Assembly (NCBI GenBank): GCA_965153285.1
Contig: OZ229110.1
Length of the DNA stretch: 64,000 nt
Source of the DNA: Podarcis tiliguerta
Lineage: Eukaryota
Direction: 5' to 3' (one strand)
The notes under the pieces are model-generated. The model saw only the letters and a list, made by a program, of their open reading frames with translations. It did no database searches and was not told the DNA's origin. The stretch's first letter is position 1, and each line of letters opens with the position of its first letter. Below are positions 26,311 through 39,510 of this stretch, piece after piece. Position numbers and translations under genes: made by a program.

Positions 26311-26751
26311 AACAGGCCCTCAGAAACTATCCCTCAGGCTCATTTTTTTTAAAGCTAGGATATTCTGTTTAGATTAGGATATTCTGAAAGATGGTCCTTT
26401 ACAACACATTAAAGCATTTTCTAACACTCATCATAGCTGAAGTTTTAAAGATTCCAAAATGTGCCAGAGAAACAGACTTTAAGAGTCTGTGGCCGTTGGA
26501 CAGTGAGCTGCTATGAAGATAAGATGCCAAGGTGGAAAAAGAGGTTCCTATATTTTAATCATCAGGCAAAAGGAGAGTATCAGCAGCTGTGGCTCTTCTC
26601 ACCTCTGCAAGATAAGTGGCACCCGTCAAGAATCCAGCTTCTATATAACTATGAAATATATGGCAGTCAAATCCCCTTTGGTATATGGTCACTCTGTATG
26701 AGGAAACTTTAAAAATGCAGCACAGAGGTTAAGCAGGAGAAACTATCTCAC

Positions 26752-26843
26752 AGTGCAATCCTCTCACCATGTCCACTCAGAAGTAAGTCTGATTGAATTC
26801 AGTGGGTATTACTCTCAGGTAAATGGGGTTACGATTGCAGTCT
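26752..26843. mobile_element. Short (~90 bp) palindromic MITE, abundant lizard family
   Basis: tgcaatcc...cagaagtaagtc..attgaattcagtggg.attactc...gattgca; degenerate relatives at ~19570, ~25980 and ~48650. Confidence 0.55.
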
Positions 26844-29800
26844 TAAGGAAGAGACTACCTACAGGAACTTAGCATGTGGGGCAAAGTCTTCCTCCATTCC
26901 CAAATAAAGATCAAGTTGACTTACCCATCCTCTGATATTTTCATCAGCTTCAGTCTTTAAAAATCTCTGCCATTAATGGTTGGTTTCCTGAACCACATCC
27001 ACTTTGCAATCATTCCGAGGGGGGGGGGGCACAAAACAACTCAAAATGCCCTTGTAGAAATTCTTTACAGAGGTGGGGAGGAGGAGAGAGAATCTTCTGA
27101 GCAGCCAATCAAGAAGCGTTTGCCAAGACTGTACTCCGTAGAAAGCACATTCAGCTTTGTATTCAACAATATGCTCTACTAATAGTTAATATAAATCATT
27201 AGGGTAACTTTACAACATAAAAGACCAAACCATTTAATCTGGATTGTTCTTTTATATATCCCCCACTTTGCAAGGTTGCCATGCAACTGACTTGTAGCTA
27301 AGCAGCAATAAGTAAGTGACGATGCTATTGCTCCCTCTAGTGTAAATATGCATTATTATTTATTAAATTCATAAAAGTCTAGAAGCAATAATTTACCATC
27401 CCAGCCAGAAGGAAACCACCATGCATTCCCCAAAGACCAGAAGAATTACTTATAAATAATTGCTGCACATTAACAGGTTTGCCTGCTGTGTTTTTCCTGG
27501 TGTTTGGGGTGGCCCCCTCTTTGAGAATGTTTCTCTGTGTAAGTTCACTGACACTTAAACAAGTAGCGCTGACACCCATATAATGGGCCAAGTGCTTTGT
27601 AAAAAGGGATCAGATTCTGAGGTAGCACAGATCTGCTGAATTCTGTAACTGGGACATCTTTCACCTTTTCAGTAATTTCCTCCTTTGGCACACAGTGAGT
27701 ACATGGACTTCTTCACCTTTTATAGGAAGAGGGTAGTGGGTGGCAGTTTCATTACACAGTGTGCAAGATAGTTCTTGCTGCACATGTGCGCAATTTAACA
27801 AACAGTCCTGTGAACCATCTGCTTCTCTGGCCATGCTATGTGATGCTCTTCCTTCAATGTGCTTCTGAAAGGCCTATCTCGGTAACTAGCAAGCCGACAA
27901 AAAGTTAGAGCCTAGTGCACTTCCTCTAGAGAAGGTTCTTTTACCGTTCGTGTTAAAGCTATGAATTAGGGACTTGCTAGTTCACCTTAGCAATGAATGA
28001 ACTGGCTGAGTGTTGTGCACAGATCTATATTTTATATCAGCCTGACATATTTATATGTTACAGTAGGAGTTGTACTGATACAGATATAACCTTAGGTGGC
28101 ATAACCTACATGCATCTATGGGTCAATGAAACTAGCTTGATAGGAATCAAATCAAACAGATACTTGGACTGTCATTGGATCTGTAAATAAATGTTGTAAA
28201 ATTTGCCTCTGGTGAAAAAATATTACACCTTTTGTTACCTATGGGTGGAAAAGTTGTGTGTGCTGTTTTGTGATAGCATAGGGTATATATCATTCTTCAA
28301 GGTTAGTCTTCCGAATTGAAACCATGTGTGTTTCTGATTTAAACTGAAATCACTACTTGCCTGGTTGGTTTATTCTATGGAGGTTGGAAACTCTGGCATT
28401 TGTGGGGCTTGTACTTTGAGGAACCTCTTTAGAGACAACAGCCACAGATTTATACTTCTCTTTATGCAAATTAGCTATAGAGACTCTCCTTAGAGTTAGC
28501 CACGCTGGGGAAATCAATTTAAAGCAAGCTAAGATAAAATCTTACATTGGAGTTTGTTGAATTAATTGATAGTTGGGTTACTCACTATAGTTCTTTTGGG
28601 AGCCATGGGGCCAGGTGGCTACATGGTAAGGAATGGGACTGGAAAAGAAGAAATAACTGTTTGCTTAAAAGAAAATATAGAAGGGCAAGTCTTTTGCAGC
28701 TTATCATGTTGGCATTGAAAACCATGATGCAGGAAAAAGAACTGGATAGTAGCCTGTAAAACACAGTGAATGAAGCAGTGTATCCTGAAAAGTAATTTAT
28801 GCAAAGCAGGACATTAGCACAGAGAAGAAGTCAGACCACCATGGAATTAAGAAGCAAGTTTGCTTTCATGCTAAGCACAGAAATGAGATGTTGGAGAACA
28901 GTTTTTTCTCCAGGATCAGTTGGCAGAGAACTCTTGTATTGTGCTAGATGGCAGGAGTTGTGGAAATGGTAGTGTAAGGGTGGCCTCAAAACCCACAGTA
29001 TTCATCCCAAACTCTACATGGGACCAGGGTTTGATCTGCAGCTTATTATCAAGCACAAGGTTGTTCCCAGAGTGTTGCCTTTCCCCCCCTCACTTGTCTG
29101 CCCAGAGCTGTTCCCTCACATTTTTCCTTGAAACTGCTTCTTGAACTCAGGGTAAGGACCAGTACTGCCCCCATGCTGGGTGACTTACCCTTATACAAAA
29201 ATCAGACCCAAAAGGGAATTCTTTGTAGACGTAGCCTATGAGATTTGCCTGGAATCTCAGAATCCTGCTGTTCCTAGAAGCTCTAAGTTCATTAACCACC
29301 TTCTCTAGGATGATGTCTTCTCTATATCAGGTGGAGTTGACCAGGAGAGTGGTACTGGTCTCTGAACTATGATAAGGTAGCTAATGCACCACTTTCTCTG
29401 CTCTTCACAGGCATCTGATTCAGCCTCTATCCCAGGACCCTCTCCTCCACACACAGGGCTTGGTCCATGTCTCTTGGCCCTTTCTCCTTTTATCCATTTG
29501 TTCAGAACCCAAGAGCATCTCCCTCCAGCTACCCATTATAGGTCATATTTCATAGTTCTTTCACCACTGGAAACTTTTTAGTGAGCAATTAGAGTGACAC
29601 AGAGAAAGAAATGGACATCTATCGTATACAGAAGTGCAGGAGTAAATAAATGCTGGTGTGCAGGAGCGAATTGTAATAGTCCCCCTAGCCATACTTCCAA
29701 CCAGAGTCTAAAACATGAAAGCAACTGCAAGGAGCTTATAAGTAACTGAACCTCACAGCTGATCCCTACTCCCATTCCCAAGTCAGAGGTGTTAGGAATC

Positions 29801-32800
29801 TTGAGAGAGAGGCACTTTCCAGAGTTTGCTCTCTTCCTGCCCTTTGAGGGACTGGCTTTCTGGAGAGCCGATGTGGGACAGTGGATATGCTGCTTGTTGA
29901 AGTGTTAAGCATCGCTCCACCTATACTCAATCTGTATATTTGTGAATTCAAACATTACAAAACGCCATACAGTGGTGCTGTCAGGGTAGGACTTTAGGGC
30001 CCTCCTCATCAGAAAGAGCAGGAGGAGCACTTAATGTAGCAGGGCTGGCTTACCACATTTTGAAGTGTGGTATTACCATTTTAAGGAAGGTGGCTGGCTC
30101 CCCATAAGACCTTTAGTCCAAAAGGCTAAAATTATCTGGCTGTATCACTATGCCACAAACCTCCAGAGATCTCCTTCCAAAGGAAACAAAATCCAGATAG
30201 TTGTTGTACCCCTGGAACTTCTCACTGCTTGGGAAAGTGTGGTGGCATAACAATATAGTTACAGTGTACCTACTACTGACATTACCTTATATTGGCATAA
30301 CCTGCAGTTAACTACAACACCACAAGCTTGCTAGGAATGCAGCATCTAGGAATTTGAAGTCACACTAGGCCTTTTCAGACCTTCCCCTCCATAAATAACA
30401 TGCAGGAAAGAATGGAATTGTGTTCCACACAGATCTCAACATCGCCATATGCCACCAGCCCCACTTCGAGATCTCTGCAAGGACAGTTAAGGCCTCAGAA
30501 GGGGCCCTTTTGCGCTTACAGGTGAACATACATAGGAGGTGTTTTAAGTTTTTCATGTGGAACAGGGGGCAGTGGGCATGGTCTTGTCCTCTTATACATA
30601 TTAGCTGTACAGGTAGAAGGGACTGATGAAAGGGGCTTGTGTCTGCAATAAATTCCTGCAAGTTTGCCTCATTTATTATACATTTTTGTTACAGCCGGAC
30701 CAAATGGTTTTATAACATGGGGAAAGCATACATGTGTTTTTATTATATTATATGTCATTATTAAATCAGCAATATTTGTTTGTTTTCTATTCCAAGGACT
30801 AATAAATTTAAACAATTATTTACTTTAACTTCCAAAATCAAGGCCTCTAATATGACCTGCCTGTCTGTGTGTTGTTGCATCAGGAAAAAAATGATAAGGA
30901 CCAAAGCACCTATGTTTTGATAACCCACTGTTGTCTCAGTCCTACATCTGCCATGGACTACCTCACAGGACTGCTGCAAGCACTGAGTTAATATATGCAA
31001 AGTGCTTGAAATTAATACCTCTTCCTCCTCTCCACTAGGAGAGGATTTAGACATGTTTAGAATAAAACTGCCCACCACGACATTTCCCCCGCTTTCTGTA
31101 GTCTTTGGAGGTCGCAAATGAATATGGGATATTAGATGGAATAATTTTTCACACATTCTGCAGAGGGATGCCCCAATTCTCCTCAAGTGTACATACAGTT
31201 GACAAAGAACCATAGCGGTTGGCAGCCCCCTAATGACCCTTGCAGGTATGATGCTCCAGTCTGCATGTTTAAGTATACATGGCCTTAGAATTGAGGTGTT
31301 TTTCTTTAAAGATGCTCAGTACATCATCTCTCCATGCCCTTATCATATGTGGAGTTCAATAAGTTTACCCTCCCTGCATACTGGAAAATCCACCCCCCTG
31401 GGGTATTGCAGCCTGTTCTTCAATACAGAGGCACTTTCCCTGTGTTCCACACCACCTTCTCCATTCCATACTGTGCTGCACACAACAGCATCTGGCCCAT
31501 TGTGCTGAGTCCTATTAATATGCATTAGTTTAAAATATTTGAATATAAATGGTGCACCGTGAGCTTTTTGATAAAGCCAAAGGACATGCAAGTTCAGGAC
31601 CTTTCTCTGCCTTTCTGAATTGAACATTAACCCTGACTGAAAATTTCAAAACACCAGGAATACATATTCAAAACGTATCATTGTCTGAAATTTTGGCAGC
31701 CTTCTTATCACTGTACAACGAGCTCTTTGGAGAATTACAGTGCAGTTTGGGTTTCCCCCCACCGCCAAATATTCATGGACAAAAAGGTTGTGAAGATTAG
31801 GTTCCCAAAACAACAGAACCATCACTAGAATCTAATTAAAGCTATTTGTCAGAAGCATCTTTTAAAATTCAACAAGGCTCTGTAGAAACCAGCCTTGAAC
31901 TGAAACTAAAATTATCTTGCCCTGGGTGTAATTAGTATAAGAGGGATTAATGAGCACATACAATTACACATTTGCTTTCCTACTCAGGCTTTGCATTTTT
32001 AGTGAAGAAAGAAAAATAAGTCACTAGGGTGGAGGAAATGCAATAAGCAGAAGAGATAAGTACATCTTGCTACAGAGCTGCATAGCTTGGTGAACACAAA
32101 TTACTGCTACCTTGGATGGCAGCTCTGGCAATACTCGCTTTTGGTTAATCAGATGTTCTTAGAAGTAGGTCTTTAAATTTATTCTTGGCTGTTGACTTTA
32201 GGAAAGAACCACAACTGCAGTTTGCAAATTATTTTTCCATTTTTTATTATGTTTACATGAATCTAGGTTTAAGGTGACCAGCCAGCTCTCGATTCCAAAG
32301 ACAATTAATTGTTCTTGTTGTTGTTGATGATGATGATGATGAAAAAAATTACTTACTACTGGGGAGGTTCAAGTGGCATAACCATGTAGACCACGAATGG
32401 AAACTAGTGAGTCAAGGGTGGACAATAGGCAAAGAAGTTTAGTATATGCAAAAATAAACACACAGAGATTCATTATAGAATAAGAAGGTCCCAAGGCATG
32501 GCCTGAGAGCACATAATGGAGCTACCTGCTGAACTGAAGTCAGTTTGAGTCTAGTCAGTGCCTAAATGGCAGGCTAACTGACACTCCCATGTATGCTACC
32601 TTGAGTTTGTTTCTTAGTTTATTAAATTTATATCCAACCCTTCCTCCCAAAGGGAGCCCAAGGCAACAAACACATGTAGGCAAATTTTCATGAAGGAAGA
32701 GAGGTGGGATTTAAATGAATTTTAATACATAAAAATAAATGAAGAAATTGTTCACTACCTATCTTAAAATGGTTTCCTTGGTGTTGTCAAAGAGCCACAT

Positions 32801-34114
32801 TCACAAATTACCAAAGGAAAATAATAATAATAATAATAATGTACTATCATGTAGGCTGTAAATTTTACTGAATTCTCAAATTCTGATACTAGTTGCTTGC
32901 CAGAGCAATTTTGCTAAGTAGGCAATTGATAGCTGCCAACATCCATACCTTAACTAGGCATTTTAGCATATCTGTGTGCTTCATTGAGTCCAATTGCTTG
33001 TACTGTATAGATAATTACTGTGTTGTGCCCTTGTGTATAGAGCCTTGTTTAGTACTCTAAAATGTGTTCAGGGTTTTTTGTGGTTCATCTTTGTTTTCCT
33101 TCGTACTGCAGCCAATCCAGGGAAGGTGATGTAATTTTGTCACCTGATCTTCCCAAGGAAAATGAACATGCAAGAATTGGTCCTGATGAAAGAGGAACAG
33201 CTGTCAACTACTTGTAGTGGGGAGAGATGAAATGGTAAGAAGCTAGGGGACATCCTAAGAGAGACTACAAAGCCATGATAGAATTAAAAAATCCTTACTT
33301 CTAAGAGAGAATGGGCCAAAGCATAGAGCCCCCCCCCCCGCCCCCAGTTATGCTTCTTCAGTTCTGTGTGTTTCTTTACAAAGCCATAATAGCAATTGTG
33401 TCTTCAGAAGAGAAGGGTCAAAACTAGATGTGCTTATACAAATGATCAGTATGCAAAACTGTATAAATTTTGCATGCAAGATATATCTGACTGCCTTGCT
33501 CATGTTACATGTCTTGTATGGCTACTGGTGTTGAAAAAGTTGCCCATCCCCTAAAAACAAACTTGCAAGTGTATTTAAGTCTGGAGCTTAATCCAACAAG
33601 CTGTTGTGTTTGGCAGTCTCCCCTTTTTCCCCACCCCCAGAAAATCCTCCTTTCCTTGTTAGAGCTTTGCAGATTTATTCAATCACTGAAATTAGATAGA
33701 GGAAAGAACCTTTTATGTCCTTTTAATGCCCTTGGCTTGGGCTGACTCTAGTACTAGAAACCTCAATTTCTTCACTGAAATTTGGGATTCTCTGTTAAGT
33801 CCCTGGATTTCCCCTGAAATCAGCATAGATGGTAAATGCTTACACCCAGAGTTAGAACAAGCATACAGCAAAAGAAGAAGAAAATATAATAACTGCAATT
33901 CAGCATGTCAGTCGTGTTCAATACTTTCTGCTCCTCCATGAACAATGGGAGTGGTTTGTATTCAGTTTTCTTGTGGGAGTAAATGGTGGATGCAACCATC
34001 TTTTTCCTTATAGCCCATCCACAGAAATATGATTTTGGCATATTGGGTTTTGGGTAACTACTTCTAGTTCTTTATGCCACCATCTGGAAGAGCAGACAGA
34101 GTAACTTGCCTAGT

Positions 34115-34262
34115 TTGAATGACCGCTGGGAGGAGCATAGAAAGAAGAAATGACACAGTGAACTTGTAGCAGCAAAATCGGATGCCTTCATCTGTCCCAC
34201 ATGCAATTAAACATGTCTCTCCTGTATCGTTCTCTACAGCCACAGCAGGTTCTTCAACTCTG
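34115..34262 (+). mobile_element. RTE-clade LINE 3' fragment (C-terminal Zn-knuckle)
   Basis: Translates to DAFICPTCN*TCLSCIVLYSHSR, the C-x2-C...SRIGL.SH.R end typical of RTE ORFs. Confidence 0.65.
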
Positions 34263-36393
34263 CAGCAATAGCTACAGTTGTTTAGCCATTATTTCTAAAC
34301 TGGCAAGATGAGGAAAAATAATGCCATGTTCATTTATAAAATATAAACAATGGCTGGGTGATAATAAGGAAACCCTCTACCCTCAATACGATTGTCACCT
34401 TAACAAATATTTCCTGAGTATATGGATACGCACTGCAACACCACAAATGTCTAATTATACTCTAACGTCCTTATTTTGGTATTTTCACAGCAGGTAAATG
34501 TAAGGGGACACCTGTTCATAAGCTTGCTTTACCTGCTTTAAGAGTGGTATTTGCATCAGATGCTATGGTTTTGCTCAAGAATTGCCCCAAAAGTGGTGGG
34601 AGAAGTCACCTTGCAGTAAAAAAATAATGCTAATATTAAGCATTTAACTGGTGTATATTTGGTTATATACTGTAAATGTTCCATATAATGTTGAAGAATC
34701 ATGCATTAGAGGTTTTGCCATGATGAGTGGTTGCGTTTGCACCCGTTGTCATTATGGACACTTTAATAAATTCACTGCACAGGAATTTGCAGTTCTTCCA
34801 ACATCAACTTAGGCTTGAAAGTTTGTAATTATGGCACCTACATTTGGAGGAGCCTTGTTGGTATTACACTGGTTTTTTTCAGAACCCTTCAATCCATGTA
34901 ATTGGGAAGAAAGGCTGGCATACTGTAGGGTCCCAAAAGCTAACAAGAACAGCTAAATACTTTCTTTTTTCCCATTTCCCCCAACCTTCTAGTCTGAATG
35001 ACAGAGTGCTGTCTTCCACGTTGTTACTTGATTTCACTGTTTTCTACCCACCATCTATAACCCCAACCTTGTGCACACAATTTTGTCAAACGCTTATTGG
35101 AGTCCTTTCAATCTGCCTTGCCAACAGTGCAACCTATTACTTCTCTTTTTCCAGTCTTCACTCCAGCTACTGAAAATGATTGCCCCCTCACTTGCCCTCC
35201 TCCAAGTACTTGGCTTCTAGTCCTTTGATCTTTTTCTTTGCCATTCCTAGTAAGCAACCTGACCCTTTCACACCTCCTCTCTCACTCATTTCTTCCTCAT
35301 CCTTCAGTCTGGCTTTCATCTTTTCCCTTCTTTGTTCACAAGCTCCCCAGTTCTTCCTTTCACTTAAGTTTGTGTCCTTCCGCCTCCCCCCCCCCCCCCC
35401 CCCGGCTAAGAAAAACACAGGAGCCAGAAAATGTCACCTTTAAAATTATTGTCCATTTCCAGCAGGTACTACATTGAAATCATTTTTCTCCAAGACACAC
35501 TGACACAGCAGTATTTTTAGCTCCAGAAATAAGAATTTAAAGCATTAAATAGAAAAAAGCAGCTATAGTAAGACAGCCTGTGATATAACCATTTAACATA
35601 CTTTTATATAATATTGGCTAAACGTGTGAACATGAATTTGTCATTGCATACAAATTAATTCTAAATTACACACAGCTCCATTATCAATTTGGTTGCTTAC
35701 TTTCATTTCAAGAAGTGGATGTGGAAGCACAGTACTTTGTGCAACTCCACATTTCTATAAATATGTGATGAACAGACATTGTGCTACCTTCTGTGATATG
35801 GCTTAGCACAGAAGAGGAAATAATGAAGAATGATTGCGTCTAAAGGACTCTGTGCCCTTAAAACAGCTTGCCTAACAATTTTCTCTCCTCCGCCTATCTT
35901 TCAGTACGTAGGTACAGAGAACATTCAAAACAGTACATTCTCACTAGCGCTTTCGTGATCTCGCCACAGCAGGGATCATTCACATTCTCAAAGGGGGGGA
36001 CGGGACATTAGATCGCTTGCCATACAACAAAAGGGCACCCCTGGAGGTCTCAGCAAAGCCTGTGACAATGCGTTCTCCACTATTGCTTTCTGGGGACTAC
36101 AGTACCCATGGTATTTGGATGAGTAGGCGGCTCAGTAGCATAGATCACACTATGATGCCATCAGACACTATTGGCCAAGAACTGAGAGGCCTGTGGTTCA
36201 GAAGTGGAAACAACTATGCAGAGCCTTGTGGAAAAACTGCTGCACAAGAGGCAGGGAGGCAAGCAGAATCTGAATCAAAAGTAGAATTCTATGGGGACTG
36301 TGTGGATAGAAGATGGGGCAAGGGGTAAGATTCTTCTCTGGCTTAGATACAAATATGGGCCGGAGAAGAATTTGAGGTCTGTAATGTAATGTA

Positions 36394-36761
36394 GGGACGC
36401 GGGTGGCATAGGGACGCGGGTGGCGTTGTGGATTAAACCACAGAGCCTAGGACTTGCCGATCAGAAGGTCGGCGGTTCGAATCCCCACAACATGGTGAGC
36501 TCCCGTTGCCCGGTCCCTGCTCCTGCCAACCTAGCAGTTCGAAAGCACGTCAAAGTGCAAGTAGATAAATAGGTACCATTCCGGCGGGAAGGTAAACAGC
36601 GTTTCCGTGCGCGGCTCTGGTTCGCCAGAAGCAGCTTAGTCATGCTGGCCACATGACCTGGAAGCTGTACGCCGGCTCCCTCAGCCAATAAAGTGATATG
36701 AGCGCTGCAACCCCGGAGTCGGTCACGAGTGGACCTAATGGTCAGGGGTCCCTTTACCTTT
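36394..36761 (+). mobile_element. Full-length Sauria SINE (lacertid POM/Squam1 type)
   Basis: GGGACGCGGGTGGCG head, B box GGTTCGAATCC, BovB-like 3' part, (ACCTTT) tail; TAATGT on both flanks. Confidence 0.93.
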
Positions 36762-37298
36762 AATGTTATCCTTGTATTTAAGGTCATTATGAGTCCTAAT
36801 GTGGAACTTAACTTGCCTTGTTCCTCCATCTATATAGTCTGTTCCTATCTTCTTTTTCCAGAAATATTATTTCAGGCTTAGTAGAGGCCATGTTTAGGGA
36901 GGGGTAGAAATGGTCCAGAGCTCTTGGATATATTCTAAATTAAGTTTTTGTTATAATAACGTTTGTTGTAATTACTTCTGCATAACTCTTAACAACCTAG
37001 TTTAGACATGTGACTAAGGAAAAAATTGCCCTGCTTTGTTCTACAGAAATCAGCAGGTAAAGTTTTCAAACAACTGAAAAATAAGCATAATTGCTCAGCC
37101 ATGCCTGCATATCAAATTGCTGTTAAAGGCATGGGGGGAAGATTTGACAAAAACAAATTAGCAACCTTACAATAATAAGAAAGAGGAGCAGTGGCAGCTG
37201 GTCCAATGAACAAGAAAGACAGATGCACTTCCCTTGCTTGTTTCCCTCTGCTTAATTACATTGCTTTGACATGTAGCTTAACCAGGGCTGACTTAATT

Positions 37299-37800
37299 GT
37301 GGCAGCTAGAGTGGTGACTGGGAGCAGCTGCCAGGACCATATAACACTGGTCCTAAAGGATCTTCACTGGCTCCCGGTACGTTTCCAAGCACAATTCAAA
37401 GTGTTGGTGCTGACCTTAAAAGCTTTAAACAGCTTCGGCCCAGTATACCTGGAGGAGCGTCTCCACCCCCATCGCTCAGCCCAGACACTGAGGTTATCCT
37501 CCGAGGGTCTTCTGGCAGTTCCCACACTGCTAGGAGTGAGGCTACAGGGAACCAGGCAGAGAGCCTTCTTGGTAGTGGTGCCCTCCCTGTGGAGCGCCCT
37601 CCCATCAGATGTCAAGGAAATGAACAATTACCTGATTTTTAGAAGACATCTGAAGGCAGTCCTGTATCAGGAGTTTTTTAATATTTGATGTTTTAATATG
37701 TTTTATATGTACTGTAAGCCGGCCAGAGTGACTGGAGAAACCCAACCAGGTGGGTGGGGTATAATTATAGTTATTATTATTATTCTTACTATTATTGTTA
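37299..37800 (+). mobile_element. 5'-truncated L2 LINE (ORF2 C-terminus, 3' UTR and (TTA)n-rich tail)
   Basis: AARVVTG...DHITLVLKDLHWLPVRFQAQFKVLVLTLKALN...RAFLVVVPSLWSALP...FRRHLKAVL; reading frame open to 37688. Confidence 0.92.
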
Positions 37801-39510
37801 TTTGCAGAAACAAGATACTAACAACAAGACAGTAGCTCCTGTAAAGCTCACTATATGATAGTTCTCACTACATGAATAGGAGATCACTTGTAGCTCCCAG
37901 CCACTTAGTAACTCCAGAATTTCCAAGCCCCATCTCCCCAAATTCCAAGTACAGTAGCTACTAACAAGTAGGAACTTTAGGCTCATTGCTATGTTGGAGA
38001 GACAAAATATACCGTTTTTCTGGTTCATTCTTACACCTACTCAGATCTTAATCTGTAGGTGCTTACTTTTGGTATGCTACAGCATGGATTATATGTAAAA
38101 ACATGACAAAACAGATACTAGTTATTACCTGCCTCTTATATCCTGCCTCTTTAAATAACCCTGGTCTGTTAATACAGGTCCTGTGCCTTTAATCAGCTTC
38201 ACAGAAGGTAAAAACAAAACAAAATGCACAAGCTTCCCTGGCATGGAGAAGCAGGAAAAAGACTGACTACAATTAATTTCTCTCCACTAGGATACTGTAA
38301 AAAATCTCAGGGGAAAAAGTAGCTAACAACCCTAAGGTAGTATTTTAAATTACTTCCATCTTACCAACTATATTTCATGCACTTTAACCCTCTGCTCCTG
38401 AAGTATACCCTGTCAGAGCTTAAACCAGAAGTATCTGGAAAATGAAGATTTTTTTAAAAAAAATATTTTCAATGAAAGAATCATTCCTATTTAGTATGGG
38501 GTGTTAAAGGCACAATAGTTAAGAAGCTTTTGCAGCTTTCATTCCTGTAATTCTTGGGGTGGATTTGACTACATGAAAAGAAATGTCCTTTTTCTTTTCG
38601 TTTATCATACATTTCCCCAGTGAAAGAGTGAATCAAGAGATAACTTTCAGTTGTCGTCTCAACAGCGGGTAAATAATGTTTACTTCACCTGTTTAGCATA
38701 ATGCACAATTTCTATATGCTTCACCAAACATTTCTCTCTGTATAACAATGCAATATAATCTGTTGACATTTTTGTTCATGCTCTTTTGTCAAACAGAGTT
38801 TTAGGTTTAGGTCTTATGTTATTTGCTATGATATTCATGCTATTTCATATTCACTCTTCATCCTTTTTTAAAAGAAAACCATTCACTTGAAGGTTATTAC
38901 TTTGAAGCATCTATCACTTCTTCTTGAAAGGAGAGCCAGGGAAACATGATATTGACATTAGCTTTGTGATAAATTTAAAACTAGGAAGAAAAATCACCAT
39001 GCTGGCATTTCCTGAATGTGTCCCTCAATTTACCCCACTTGTCACCCCCTGATCCCACTTTACCTTTTCTAGTAGGGAGTGTACTAATGCCACTCGAGTG
39101 GTTAAGGCTGAAATTATAACCCCATGGAGTTCTGAGTACACATTGACTGAGTACACATTGACTGTGCAGAGTTCAAGGAGAACTGGTTCAAATCTTTCTT
39201 CAGCTACAAATTACCTGTGAACCACATCCCAACCACGTACACACAATAGGAGGGTTAATAATACAGCCTATAGCATGCAGATGATAATACAGACCTGTAC
39301 AACCTTACTTGGAACTTGGAAGCAAGCCTCAATGAGCTTGGTGGGCTTATTTTCTGAGTTAACCAATCTAGAACCACGCTATAGCATTGTGTTGGCATTA
39401 TGCATGCAATTTATTGCCAGGCACACACATAACTCCTGTTGCTATTTCTTATTATCTATCAGATTTTTTACCCACCCTTCATTATGAAATCCGAAGGCAA
39501 CTTACAACAA

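Noticed and set aside
36461-36829. 122-aa ORF similar to the ORF at 60204-60401 (QLPGHVASMTKLLL)
   Set aside because: Both are antisense translations of Sauria SINE copies, not a gene family.
37191-37688. 165-aa ORF as a host gene
   Set aside because: It is the C-terminus of L2 ORF2 joined to flanking DNA.
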